From contig MZGK01000021.1 of NCBI GenBank assembly GCA_002085025.1, positions 1 to 43,262 on the forward strand: DNA of 43,262 nucleotides, in the 5' to 3' direction. The stretch is from Candidatus Omnitrophica bacterium 4484_213 (GTDB taxonomy: Bacteria > Omnitrophota > 4484-213). The position numbers were made by a program, and so were the translations under genes. Of this stretch, positions 21,945-32,843 are shown one piece after another; the stretch's first letter is position 1, and each line of letters starts with the position of its first letter. The notes beneath the pieces were generated by a model. It was given only the letters and a program-made list of their open reading frames with translations, did not search any database and was not told the origin of the DNA.

Positions 21945-22075
21945 ATATCACTGATTACACTGATGAGACCACTGATTACACTGATGATTTTATCAGCGTC
22001 ATCATTTTCAATCAGTGCTATCAATGATGTATCAGTGCCATCAGTGTTTAAATATCAGTGCCATCAGTGTTTAAC
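21945..22075. repeat. Inverted 9-mer-type array (CACTGATTA/ATCAGTGCC) overlapping the dnaG 3' end
   Basis: CACTGATTACACTGATGA twice versus ATCAGTGCCATCAGTGTTTA twice. Confidence 0.8.
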
Positions 22076-23820
22076 ACCCGCTGGTATTCTTCTAACAATT
22101 GAGAAGATAAGGTTTCATCCTCCTTTTCCTCGGCAGATTCAATTCTTTTCTGCAAATCCAAAAGCTTGGCTTCTCTTTTCTTTCTCTTTATCCTCTTGAT
22201 ACAGTCAGAAGCAATAGATATTTTTTTATTAAGGTCAAGAGATTCTTCCAATTGATTAACGCAAGAGGATATCAATGAATCTAAACCCTCTATCTCTTCT
22301 TTTCTTAATTTTTCTATTAACTGACTCAGGGGAATTCTCCTTTCCTTAGATAATAAAAATCTGACTATTTTCCCAATAGATAAATTTCTAAACTCATCCG
22401 GTTTTAAGCTCTTTCTTACCAATGAAATTACTTCTTCTTCTGTGAGCATCAATCCTAAAAGGATTTTTTCTTCCCTGTATTGAGTAGGAACGCTTGCTTT
22501 AAAAGAAACATTTTTCTTCCTCTGCCTTTTTCTATCTAACGCATCAAGTTTTTCTATCTCGAGATATAAGGAGTCCTCTCGAATATTCAACTTTCTAGAT
22601 AATCTTTTTATGTAAGCATCTCTTAAAACTGCATCTCCTATTTTGTAAAGAGAAGAAATCATCTCTTTACTTACTTTTGCTAAATCCTCGGCTTTTTCTA
22701 AATCGTATCTCTGAGAGAGAAAATTTAATTTATAGTCAAAAAAATCATCTGCCTTTTCTATTCTCTGAATAAACCTCTCTTTGCCTTCTTTTCTTATACA
22801 CTCATCGGGGTCTAAACCGCGGGGTAGCTCTACCACTCCCACGGGCACATCTTCCTCTATAAATAATTCTAATTCCCTTACCGAGGCCTCCTGGCCGGCT
22901 CTATCACCATCATAAATAATAATACACCTTTCTGCATACCTTTGCAATACTCTTATCTGCTGGCGGGTTAGCGCTGTTCCCAAACAGGCAACTGCATTGT
23001 AGATTCCAAACTGAACCAGAGCAAGCAGGTCCAAATACCCTTCTACAACAATAACATCTTTTTTAATGAAATGTCGGGCAAAATTTAGCCCATAGAGATA
23101 CCTGCTTTTATTAAATAAGACTGTCTGGGGAGAATTCACATATTTGGGCACCTGGTTGTCCAGACGGCGACTGCCAAATCCTACTATTCTTCCCTGGGGA
23201 TTAAATAAAGGAAAGATAAGTTTGTTGATAAATCTATCCAGTTCTCTCCCATCTTCCCTTTTTATAATTAGTCCTGCTTTAATCAAGAGTTCTTGTTTAT
23301 AACCTCTTTTTTGGAGATAAGTTAAAAGCCTATTTCTGAACGGCGCATAACCTATGCGAAATTTAGAAATGAGTTCTGAGGATATTTTACGCTTTTTTAA
23401 ATATTCCCGAGCCCCCTTGCCTTCTTCTCTGTTCAAAAAATTTTGATAGTAGGCAGTGGCTAGTTCATTTAACTCATATAATTTAGGGGTAATTTCTGAA
23501 CTTCCCTTATTTATATTTCCTGTGACAAGATGGGAGATATCCACACCTGTTTGTTTTGCCAGAATTTCTACTGCCTCTGGAAAACTGATATTTTCCTGCT
23601 TCATTAAGAAAGTAAAAACATTGCCTCCTACTCCACAACCAAAGCAATGGAATATCTGCTTTTGGGGATTAACCATAAAAGAGGGGGTTTTTTCCTGATG
23701 AAAGGGGCAAAGCGCCTTAAAAAGATTGCCTGTTTTTTTTAAAGGAAGGTAGTGCGAGATTACTTCTACAATATCGGCTCTTTGCTGAATCTCTTCAATA
23801 ACCTCCTCAGGGAAAAACAT
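22048..23820 (-). CDS. dnaG: DNA primase
   Basis: CPFH..EKTPSF..FHCFGC zinc finger, KYVNSP, TOPRIM VEGYLD and YDGDRAG; start set at ATG 23820. Confidence 0.97.
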   Translation of the reverse strand: MFFPEEVIEEIQQRADIVEVISHYLPLKKTGNLFKALCPFHQEKTPSFMVNPQKQIFHCFGCGVGGNVFTFLMKQENISFPEAVEILAKQTGVDISHLVTGNINKGSSEITPKLYELNELATAYYQNFLNREEGKGAREYLKKRKISSELISKFRIGYAPFRNRLLTYLQKRGYKQELLIKAGLIIKREDGRELDRFINKLIFPLFNPQGRIVGFGSRRLDNQVPKYVNSPQTVLFNKSRYLYGLNFARHFIKKDVIVVEGYLDLLALVQFGIYNAVACLGTALTRQQIRVLQRYAERCIIIYDGDRAGQEASVRELELFIEEDVPVGVVELPRGLDPDECIRKEGKERFIQRIEKADDFFDYKLNFLSQRYDLEKAEDLAKVSKEMISSLYKIGDAVLRDAYIKRLSRKLNIREDSLYLEIEKLDALDRKRQRKKNVSFKASVPTQYREEKILLGLMLTEEEVISLVRKSLKPDEFRNLSIGKIVRFLLSKERRIPLSQLIEKLRKEEIEGLDSLISSCVNQLEESLDLNKKISIASDCIKRIKRKKREAKLLDLQKRIESAEEKEDETLSSQLLEEYQRVLNTDGTDI

Positions 23821-23926
23821 AACAACGCCAATGATTACAGCAATTAAATAAAGATTTTTGCAACGATGCAAAATAATACAAGTTAAAAGGATTTATCGCT
23901 GTAATCGTGTTTCTTTATCGCTCCAA

Positions 23927-24415
23927 TCACTTCTTTTTAATCAATTGCCAAATCTTTGTTCCGCTATCTAAAAGATAAGGGGCAAGCAAGGATTTTTCTT
24001 TAACCGCCGTCTTTAATGAAGAAAGGGGTAAAAGATTCAGAAAAAGAAGAATGAAAAAAGCAATTGCTGTCCCTTTTAATAGACCTATACACACCCCAAA
24101 TATCCTCTCTGGGGACGAGATATCCCTTTTTACCTCTTTTGTTCTCATTCCTAATAAATTAGACAAGAAATAAAAAAGTATATAAATTAAAATAAATGAA
24201 AGAATATTAGAAATAGAAAGAGATAGGGTTAAACGGCTATTTATTACTTTAGCCAGAAAGGGATAACTGAAAAAGGAGATGATTAAAGCAAGAATCACCC
24301 TAAGGAATTTAACAAACTCATAAAAAAAACCATGAATAAACCCCAAAATAACACTCCATAGAAGTAAAATAATAATTAAAACATCTATCCAATTTAGATT
24401 TTTTAACCAAGCCAT
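23927..24415 (-). CDS. cvpA: CvpA/colicin V production family membrane protein
   Basis: NWID..GFIHGF..E, ERIFGVCIGLLKG, S.LAPY; four hydrophobic segments. Confidence 0.8.
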   Translation of the reverse strand: MAWLKNLNWIDVLIIILLLWSVILGFIHGFFYEFVKFLRVILALIISFFSYPFLAKVINSRLTLSLSISNILSFILIYILFYFLSNLLGMRTKEVKRDISSPERIFGVCIGLLKGTAIAFFILLFLNLLPLSSLKTAVKEKSLLAPYLLDSGTKIWQLIKKK

Positions 24416-24563
24416 CAGTCTATAGTAAGCAGTTGGCAATTAGCAGTTGACAAATAAAGTCAATAGGCAATTGACAGTAGGTAAAGAAATACCAAAGAAA
24501 GTTACTTACTGCATACTGCCAACTGATTTACTACCTACTGCTTACTGCATATTGCCTACTGTT
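24416..24563. repeat. Inverted heptamer array (GCAGTTG/CTACTGC)
   Basis: GCAGTTGGCAATTAGCAGTTGAC arm versus ACTGCATACTGCCAACTG...CTACTGCTTACTGC arm. Confidence 0.8.
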
Positions 24564-24566
24564 TTT

Positions 24567-25447
<881 letters not shown>

Positions 25448-25478
25448 TTATGGTAAAAATGCAAACTTCTGTCATAAA

Positions 25479-26192
25479 TCATAAATTTAATACTTTTTTT
25501 TGCTCGCTAATTATTTCTTCTATTCCCTGTCGGGCTAAGTTTAACAATTTATTTAATTGCTGTTTATCAAATGGTTTTCTCTCGGCTGTTCCTTGAATCT
25601 CAATAAACTCTCCCTTCTCATTCATCACCACATTCATATCTACTTCGGCCTGTGCATCCTCTTGATAATTGAGGTCAATCAGCATCTCTTCGCCGACAAT
25701 ACCCACACTTACTGCGGCTACAAAATTTCTTATCGGCAACTCTTCCAAAAAACCCTTATCCTGCAGAAACTCCAGACAGCTCACCAAGGCCACCCATCCG
25801 CCGCTAACGCTTGCTGTCCTTGTCCCGCCATCGGCTTGGAGAACATCGCAATCAATCCAAATTGTCCGCTCCCCTAAATCTCTCAAATCCACTCCACTTC
25901 TTAAAGAACGCCCGATTAATCTTTGTATTTCGAAAGTGCGACCGCTTCTTGCGTGGGCTGCTTCCCTTAATACTCTTTTTTCACAGGCGCGGGGAAGCAT
26001 TCCGTATTCAGCGGTTATCCAACCTTCTCCCTTTCCCCGCAAAAAGGGGGGCACTTTTTCCTCTACCGAAGCCGAACAAATTACCTTAGTATCACCCAAT
26101 TCAATCAGACAGGAACCCTCGGCATATTTTAAATAGTTAGGGGTAATCTTTAATTTGCGTAGTTTGTTATTACCGCGTTGATTTTTACGCAT
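25479..26192 (-). CDS. rph: Ribonuclease PH
   Basis: [41 protein letters not shown]. Confidence 0.97.
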   Translation of the reverse strand: MRKNQRGNNKLRKLKITPNYLKYAEGSCLIELGDTKVICSASVEEKVPPFLRGKGEGWITAEYGMLPRACEKRVLREAAHARSGRTFEIQRLIGRSLRSGVDLRDLGERTIWIDCDVLQADGGTRTASVSGGWVALVSCLEFLQDKGFLEELPIRNFVAAVSVGIVGEEMLIDLNYQEDAQAEVDMNVVMNEKGEFIEIQGTAERKPFDKQQLNKLLNLARQGIEEIISEQKKVLNL

Positions 26193-26293
26193 TCTTTATG
26201 CCTCGCTACCGCTCAGCATTGATCACAGCGATACCCTTACGCGCACAAGTTAAATACCGATTGCACAGATTTTAGTACGGGATTTATTCCATG

Positions 26294-26812
26294 CTACCAG
26301 ATATATTTTCCATAACAGTCCACGGCTACTATTGCGGGAAAATCCACTACATCTAAACGATAAACCGCCTCTCCTCCCAATTCAGGATAAGCAATTAATT
26401 CCTTTCTTTTCACAAAAGTAGAAAGCAAGGCCCCACAGCCACCAAGGGTAACGAAATAAATCGCTTTATATTTTTTAATTGCCCGGATAACCTCTTCTGA
26501 GCGCCTGCCTTTGCCGAGCATCCCTTTTAATCCCTTCTTCAGTAGTAAAGGCGTAAACCTATCCATTCGCGAACTCGTGGTCGGTCCACAGGAACCGATA
26601 ATTTTTCCCGGAGGAGTGGGCGTAGGAGCACAATAATAAACTGCTTGTTTGTTAAAAGAAAATGGCAGCTTTCTTTTGTTTAACAAAGCCTCTTTGAACC
26701 TTTTGTGCGCCTGGTCGCGGGCAGTATAGATAATTCCATTGAGTAGGACCTCATCACCAACTCTTAGCTTTCTGACTTTGGTCAGTGTTAAAGGAGTTTC
26801 AAGATGAATCAT
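26294..26812 (-). CDS. Fe-S hydrolyase (fumarate/tartrate) beta subunit
   Basis: YTARDQAHKR, GPTTSSRMD, GKG.R. Confidence 0.92.
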   Translation of the reverse strand: MIHLETPLTLTKVRKLRVGDEVLLNGIIYTARDQAHKRFKEALLNKRKLPFSFNKQAVYYCAPTPTPPGKIIGSCGPTTSSRMDRFTPLLLKKGLKGMLGKGRRSEEVIRAIKKYKAIYFVTLGGCGALLSTFVKRKELIAYPELGGEAVYRLDVVDFPAIVAVDCYGKYIW

Positions 26813-26834
26813 AAGTTAAAGCAAAAATGGGCTA

Positions 26835-26972
26835 AATCACCAATAACCAAGATACAAACAAATCCCAATACCCAATAATCAATAACCAAAGTAAGATGAT
26901 GGTTTCTGCTTGGTTATTGGAATTTGGTGCTTGGTTATTATTTGCTTATTGTATCTTGATGTTTGGTTATTT
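26835..26972. repeat. Inverted heptamer array with short empty loop
   Basis: CACCAATAACCAAGATACAAACAAAT...AATAACCAA versus TTGGTTATTGGAATTTGGTG...GTATCTTG; same family as 16230-16462. Confidence 0.85.
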
Positions 26973-26980
26973 TTATAACT

Positions 26981-27056
26981 TGGAGCTAACCGTGGGACTT
27001 GAACCCACAACCGGCGCATTACGAATGCGCTGCTCTACCAATTGAGCTAGGTTAGC
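26981..27056 (-). tRNA. tRNA-Thr(CGT)
   Basis: GCTAACCTAGCTCAATTGGTAGAGC, GCGCA-TTCGTAA-TGCGC, GGTTCAAGTCC, CCA end. Confidence 0.95.
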
Positions 27057-27071
27057 ATAACTTCCTCAAAC

Positions 27072-27175
27072 CACAGAGGTTAGAAAGGGATAGGAAGGGT
27101 TAGCAGGGGGTAGTAGGGGAGCTTCTTCTTCCTTTTTAAACCCTTACTACCCCTTATCACCCATACTAACCCTTT
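27072..27175. repeat. G-rich/C-rich inverted repeat element, copy 3
   Basis: Close match to 650-757, including CCCCTTATCACCCATACTAACCC. Confidence 0.85.
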
Positions 27176-27222
27176 TTCTTCTCGCTGGAGACTGGGAACT
27201 TCTGAGAACGTGAAGCGTGAAG

Positions 27223-28056
27223 CTATATTATTCTACTTGCTCTCCTCAGTGCCCAACAACTTATATTCAGAGCCACAGGCAAACCAGCAATATGGGTAGG
27301 ATAAACGAGAATTCTGACCCTTAAAGCGGTTGTTCTGCCTCCTAATCCTAAGGGTCCAATTCCCAATTTGTTTATCCGTGTCAAGAATTCCTGTTCAAGT
27401 TTGGTTAAATTTAACCGAGAATTTACTTTATCTACTGGTCGAAGCAATGCCTGCTTGGAAAGAAGAACTGCCTTATCCAGACTTCCTCCTATTCCAATGC
27501 CGATAAATAAAGGCGGGCAGGCATTTGCCCCTTTTTCTTTTATTATCTTTACAACCCAATCTCCGATTTCCTCAATTGTTGCCGTGGGCTCAAACATATA
27601 AGTTGCGCTGGCATTCTCACTGCCGAACCCTTTTGGCATCAGCGCAATCTTCATCTTATCGCTTGCTGAAATATTAAGATGAATTACTGCTGGGATACTC
27701 TGTGGGTTCTTTCGCAAAAAAGGATCCACAACTGAGTTCCTAAAATAGCCTTTTTGATAACCCTCTTTTATTCCCCTATTTATTGCCTTTTCTAAATCTC
27801 CTTTGATTATTAAGTTTCTGCCAATATCAATAAAAACTATTGGTAGCCCAGTATCCTGGCATAAAGAGAGTTTCTCTCTTTCAGCCAGAGAACAGTTTTC
27901 GATTATCTTCTGCAAAATTTTCTTTGGCCTGCCCCTTTCTTTATCAATGCCCTCTTTAATTGCCGCAAGGACATCTTTGGGCAAATTTCTGTTTGCCTCT
28001 AAACAGAGCTGGGCAACAGTATCTTCAATCTCTTTTGCTTTTATCTGACGCATCAA
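27223..28056 (-). CDS. Fe-S hydrolyase (fumarate/tartrate) alpha subunit
   Basis: CQDTG, PKGFGSEN, ANACPP, HIAGLPVA, SCWA. Confidence 0.93.
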   Translation of the reverse strand: MMRQIKAKEIEDTVAQLCLEANRNLPKDVLAAIKEGIDKERGRPKKILQKIIENCSLAEREKLSLCQDTGLPIVFIDIGRNLIIKGDLEKAINRGIKEGYQKGYFRNSVVDPFLRKNPQSIPAVIHLNISASDKMKIALMPKGFGSENASATYMFEPTATIEEIGDWVVKIIKEKGANACPPLFIGIGIGGSLDKAVLLSKQALLRPVDKVNSRLNLTKLEQEFLTRINKLGIGPLGLGGRTTALRVRILVYPTHIAGLPVALNISCWALRRASRII

Positions 28057-28139
28057 ATAGGGACTACAACGATAAAATTGAGACTACAACGATAAATTAA
28101 TCACAAATGCATCTTGTGCCCGTGAGGGTATTGCCGTAA

Positions 28140-29105
28140 TCAATGCTGAGCGGTAGCGAGGCATATTTTATTTTTTCCCAAATGTTTTGCTTGATATAAT
28201 GCTAAATCTGCCTTTTTAATTACCGAACCCTCATTTTGTCCATCTTCGGGGAAGTTAGAAATTCCGATGCTGACTGTCAAAGAAAAGTTCTGTTTTATTA
28301 CATTCTGCAGGCGCTCACCTGCCTTTAAAGCCTGTTCTTTGGTGGTCATTGGGAGAAGAATGACAAACTCATCTCCGCCATACCTGAAAACTGTATCTGC
28401 CGCTCGCACTCCTTTTTTTAAAGAAAAAGCTATTTTTCTGAGCAATCTATCGCCAAACAGGTGCCCTCGGGTGTCATTATATTTCTTAAAATCATCGATA
28501 TCAAGCAGAAATAAAGAAAAGAATTGGTTGTAGCGTTTTGCTCTATTAATTTCTTTTTCTATGAACTCATGAAAATAGCGGTAATTATAAACATTGGTTA
28601 GACCGTCAAGAATGGAAAGCTTTTGATAATGCCTCTTTTGTCTTGCTTCCTGCAAAAGGCGCTGCCTTTCAATTGCCCGTTCGAGAACTATCCTCATCTT
28701 TTTAGAAAGAAAAGGCTTACTAAGATAGTCATAGCCCCCTTCCCGGATTATTTCCACTGCTGATTCTATAGAAGGATGAGCACTGATAACAATTACACAG
28801 CTATTTTCATCTATTTCTTTAATTCTTCTAAGAAATTCTAATATATCTACCTTTGATATCCTAAAATCAATAATTACTATTAAAAAGGGAATCTGCTCAA
28901 TTATCCTTAAAGCCTCTTCCCGAGTAGCGGCAAACTTCACCTTGCGCTCATATTGGAGAAATAGCCTTTTAAATAAATCCCGCGTTGTTTTATTTTTACT
29001 AACAATTATGGCATCTACCCCCTTAAATAATTGGTTTTGGCGAACTGTATCTTTGGCGGATTTAACGGAGGGAATATCTTTAGAGATTATCTTTCTTTCT
29101 TTCAT
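28140..29105 (-). CDS. REC-GGDEF diguanylate cyclase
   Basis: Receiver-like domain (IVIID, YLSKPF), DGLTNVYN, DIDDFK.YND..GH, RYGGDEF. Confidence 0.92.
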   Translation of the reverse strand: MKERKIISKDIPSVKSAKDTVRQNQLFKGVDAIIVSKNKTTRDLFKRLFLQYERKVKFAATREEALRIIEQIPFLIVIIDFRISKVDILEFLRRIKEIDENSCVIVISAHPSIESAVEIIREGGYDYLSKPFLSKKMRIVLERAIERQRLLQEARQKRHYQKLSILDGLTNVYNYRYFHEFIEKEINRAKRYNQFFSLFLLDIDDFKKYNDTRGHLFGDRLLRKIAFSLKKGVRAADTVFRYGGDEFVILLPMTTKEQALKAGERLQNVIKQNFSLTVSIGISNFPEDGQNEGSVIKKADLALYQAKHLGKNKICLATAQH

Positions 29106-29454
29106 AATATATGGCTTCTACATCCTTGTTTTCTTTTACCGACACCGCTGAAAGCCAACACCCTCTTTTTTTAAAATCTTTCTCTAATTGCTTAAAGATA
29201 TACTGGGCTATGTTTTCCGAGGTAGGGCTAAAAGACAAAACCTCATTTAGATACTTATGGTCTAAATTTTCTAAAACTTTAATTAATCTCTCTTTGACTT
29301 CGCGGAAATCGACAATCATCCCATCTTTGTTTAACTTCTCTGCCTTGAGACAAACCTCTACCTCCCAGTTATGCCCGTGAAGGTTCTCGCATTTATTTCT
29401 TTGGAAAATTCGGTGAGCGGCGCTAAAGTCCTCTTTTACTCTAATTTTATACAC
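29080..29454 (-). CDS. queD: 6-carboxy-5,6,7,8-tetrahydropterin synthase
   Basis: FSAAH, CENLHGHNW, LDHKYLN, PTSENIA. Confidence 0.92.
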   Translation of the reverse strand: MYKIRVKEDFSAAHRIFQRNKCENLHGHNWEVEVCLKAEKLNKDGMIVDFREVKERLIKVLENLDHKYLNEVLSFSPTSENIAQYIFKQLEKDFKKRGCWLSAVSVKENKDVEAIYYERKKDNL

Positions 29455-30266
29455 TCTACTCTCCCGATACCCTTTTGCAAAAAATTCTTTCCCAGTTTTT
29501 TAAATCTCTGCGGGGAATCGCTGACATAAAACCTAATCTTTCCCTTTTTATTTACCTCGCTCCTGCGAGGAGGGGGATAAGCAGCAAGCAAATTCCTCTC
29601 CTTCAAAATCTCTCTTGCTTTCTTTGCCGTCTCACTAGCAGAATCAATCAAAATTACTCTCTTGCCAACCGCTTTTTTTATCACTTTCCTTAACAAAGGA
29701 TAGTGCGTGCAACCCAAAATTAAGATATCTATCTTGTTTTTTAAAAAACCTAAATATCTTTGAGCAATCTGCTCGCTAATTTTGTTTTCTAACCAACCCT
29801 CTTCAGCTAAAGGGACAAATAAAGGACACTCCTGAGTAGAAATTTCAACATTTTTATTTTCTCTTCTGCTAAATTTCCTAATTGTGCGTTGATATATCCC
29901 ACTTTCAATAGTCGCCGGGGTAGCGATAACCCCTATTTTCCCCCTGCAGATTTGGACAGTTTTTTCTACTATTGGTTCAATAACGCCTAAGACGGGCACA
30001 CTGAATCTCCTTTTCAATTCGGGGAGAGCCACTGCTGACGAGGAATTACAAGCAACAATAAGCAGTTTGATATTAAACTTCATTAAAAATCGGGCATTGT
30101 GCAAAGAGAATTTTTTGATAATCTCTCTAGACTTTGTCCCATAAGGAACATGGGCAGTATCGCCAAAATAGACAATCTCTTCTTGCGGTAAAATTTTCTG
30201 AAGAGCGCCTACAACGGTCAAGCCACCTATGCCGGAGTCAAACACACCGATAGGCCTGTCCCGCAT
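29436..30266 (-). CDS. murI: Glutamate racemase
   Basis: FDSGIGGLTV, PYGTK, VACNS, LGCTHYP. Confidence 0.96.
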   Translation of the reverse strand: MRDRPIGVFDSGIGGLTVVGALQKILPQEEIVYFGDTAHVPYGTKSREIIKKFSLHNARFLMKFNIKLLIVACNSSSAVALPELKRRFSVPVLGVIEPIVEKTVQICRGKIGVIATPATIESGIYQRTIRKFSRRENKNVEISTQECPLFVPLAEEGWLENKISEQIAQRYLGFLKNKIDILILGCTHYPLLRKVIKKAVGKRVILIDSASETAKKAREILKERNLLAAYPPPRRSEVNKKGKIRFYVSDSPQRFKKLGKNFLQKGIGRVECIKLE

Positions 30267-30285
30267 TGATACCCGGGTCCGGGCC

Positions 30286-31270
30286 CTATCTCGTAAATCC
30301 ATTTGTTCTCTCGTATTTTGCTTTGTAGCTCATTATCCCCCGGGCTATCCCCCGGGCAATCTTATATTGATAGACAGGATTTTTTAATCTTATCTCTTCC
30401 CTGGGATTAGAAAGAAAGCCCACTTCTACCAAAACGCCGGGCAAATCTATTCCCCTCAGGACATAAAAATTGCCTCCCTTTACACCTCGATTTCGCAAAT
30501 TAGTCTCTTGGGCTAATCCCCGGGAAATTGCCTCTGCTAATTCCATACTCTCTATCCTATTCTCCCTATAGATGATATTCCATAAACTGATATTGGCATT
30601 TCTGGAAAGAAAGTAGTTTTTCTCAGGCGTAAATTGAAAAGCTGCGTTTTCTCTTTTAGCCACCGCCCGCGTCCAATCATCCATTTCTTCTGAGAGATAA
30701 TAAACCTCAAACCCGCGAGGGGTCTGCTTCTTACCTCTAGCAGAGTTGGCGTGGATACTCACAAAAAAAGCATCTCTATTTTTATTAGCAATTTCCGTCC
30801 TTTTTTTTAAAGAAACAAATCTATCGCTCGCTCTGGTTAGAACAACCTTTAAACCCTTTTCTGCCAAGACTTTTCTTAAATAGCGAGCAATCTTCAGATT
30901 CACTTCTTTTTCTTGCACTCCTCGTCGGCCAATCGCCCCGGGGTCCTTGCCTCCGTGTCCGGGGTCAATAATAATGGTTTTAATTCTATAAATCTGTTTT
31001 TCAGAATAGAGACTCCTTGAGATAGAAATTGTCTCCAACAATAAAACTTATTTTTTTATTTTCCTTATTTAAGGTTACCTTCCGGGTTAAAAAATCATAA
31101 TCGCAATCCCAGCCTGTGGAAATGGATGCAGAAATTAGAGGCAAATAACTTCTGCCTCTGATAGTTACGAGCTTATGCGTCCTTATACTCTGGCTGATAG
31201 GAGCGCAGGAGGTTAAACAAAAGGTAAAAAAAAATATTAGAACCGATATTCTAAAATTTTTGGGTCGCAA
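30286..31270 (-). CDS. N-acetylmuramoyl-L-alanine amidase (Amidase_3); putative lipoprotein N-terminus split off by a frameshift at ~31015
   Basis: IDPGHGGKDPGA, EKEVNL, SIHAN, VLVEVGFLSN in 30286-31041; LTSC lipobox in ORF 31001-31270. Confidence 0.85.
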
Positions 31271-31310
31271 AGTCCGAACCTCCGAAAGTGATTTTTGCTA
31301 ATTATGTTTT

Positions 31311-31811
31311 TATCCTCAGCCCCGAAGTTTCGGAGGGCTTCCCTGCCGGCAGGCAGCGGCTCTCGCCCTGCACCAGAACGGTTCAGGGCTCGCTTCGCGA
31401 GGAAGGAAAGAAAAAACAAAAGGTGGAAATCTGCTTTGCAGATTTCCCATCCTCAGCCCGCCTACGCTAAAGCTACAGGTATTATTAGGGACAACTTCTC
31501 TATTGTCCTTAAAAGGAAATTGGCGGGCTTCGGCTCTCGCTTCGCGCAACACAGCAAAAATCTGCTGCGCAGATTTATATTTGCCCTTTGGACCTAGGGG
31601 GCTTACCGAAGGTAAGTATAATCCCCTAGCTATCCTGCGCTTGCCTTCGGTAAACTTCGGCTCAGATTTCCCTCGCCTTTAGCTCGGGCAAATCTCTTCG
31701 CCTTACGGCGTAAGGAAAATGGAATAGCGCCCTGACGCTTCCGTCGGGGCTATCCTCCTCGCTTACTCGCTCCGCTCGCGCACTCGTCGGCTCTCGCTTC
31801 GCGAGAAGGGA
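31311..31811. repeat. Array of four diverged nested REP-like units next to the tmRNA 3' end
   Basis: Units start ATCCT at ~31312, 31449, 31632, 31752 and share CGGCTC(TCGCTTCGCG). Confidence 0.7.
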
Positions 31812-31812
31812 A

Positions 31813-32195
31813 TGGTGGAGGCGCGGGGATTTGAACCCCGGTCCCTAAATACTTCCGTAAGAGCATCTACATACATAGCCTATTTTTTGAATTCGCTTCT
31901 CCTCTCTCCAATAGGCAGGATAAAAAAGAAGCTATCCTGAAAAGAAATTCGCCCTCTACCCTTCAGGAAAGGATAGTTGGCTATCCTGCTGCCTTAATCT
32001 ATCTTAACCCGCAGGCAGGTCAAGTAGACCGCTACTGATTAGACAGCAGCTAATGCCTCAGAAGCAAGAATTTCTTCTGCTTCTGCTACTGGATTGTAGT
32101 TGGCATTTGTATTTTGCCTGGTGTTTAATGAGGCCTCCAGACAACCTCAGTATGCCGCTCTCACCTCCATATTTAGATCGAATCCTTTCGCCCCC
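31813..32195 (-). ncRNA. ssrA: tmRNA
   Basis: 5' GGGGGCGAAAGGATTCGA, 3' GGTTCAAATCCCCGCGCCTCCACCA, tag ORF at 32039-32104, adjacent smpB. Confidence 0.95.
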
Positions 32196-32233
32196 ACGAA
32201 AAAGGTCACCAAGTCACCAGTCATCAGAAAATT

Positions 32234-32338
32234 ACAGGGGTTGGAAAGGGATAGAAAGGGTTAGCAAGAGGTAGCAGGGGAATTTCTCATTCCCTTTCTA
32301 ACCCTTCTTACTCCTTATCACCCCGTACTAACCATTTT
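32234..32338. repeat. G-rich/C-rich inverted repeat element, copy 4, overlapping the smpB stop
   Basis: GGGGTTGGAAAGGGATAGAAAGGGTTAGC arm and CCTTATCACCCCGTACTAACC arm. Confidence 0.8.
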
Positions 32339-32812
32339 CCCTCCCTGGGGACTGGAAACTGGGAACCTTTTGCTGTAGCCTGCGGCTTTCTTCATCTCCC
32401 TTTCTACTTCTCTTTTCTTTATCTTTTCCCGTTTATCATAAGCTCGCTTTCCCTTGGCAACGGCCAATTCTACCTTTGCTAGATCCCTCTTAAAATACAA
32501 CTTTAAGGGAATCAAAGCCATTCCTTTTTCGGCTACCTTTCCTGCCAATCTATTAATTTCTCTTTTATGAAGTAGGAGTTTTCGCAGCCGCAGAGGATCA
32601 TATTTTGCGTCACTACTCTGCGAAAAAGGACCGATATAGAGATTGGACAAAAAGACCTCTTCTTTCTCTATATGAGCAAAGCTATCTTTTAAGCTTACCT
32701 TTCCCTCGCGTAAAGATTTTACCTCACTGCCCTTTAGTTCAATCCCTGCTTCTAAGCTTTCTAAGATAGTATAATCATATCTTGCCTTGCGGTTGGTGGC
32801 TATTGCTTTCAT
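32318..32812 (-). CDS. smpB: SsrA-binding protein
   Basis: NRKARYDY, EAGIEL.GSEVKSLR, RKLLLHK, GKRAYDKRE. Confidence 0.97.
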   Translation of the reverse strand: MKAIATNRKARYDYTILESLEAGIELKGSEVKSLREGKVSLKDSFAHIEKEEVFLSNLYIGPFSQSSDAKYDPLRLRKLLLHKREINRLAGKVAEKGMALIPLKLYFKRDLAKVELAVAKGKRAYDKREKIKKREVEREMKKAAGYSKRFPVSSPQGGKMVSTG

Positions 32813-32843
32813 ATTTTACCATATAGAGCCAAAATAGTCAAAG

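Noticed and set aside
31237-31597. Short ORFs downstream of ssrA
   Set aside because: They are translations of GC-rich palindromic repeats with no protein-like features.
31311-31811. CRISPR array
   Set aside because: Units are diverged and unevenly spaced, the interiors are themselves hairpins, and no cas genes are present.
31813-31860. Integrated element at the tmRNA or tRNA 3' ends
   Set aside because: No integrase and no duplicated 3'-end att sequence was noticed in the window.
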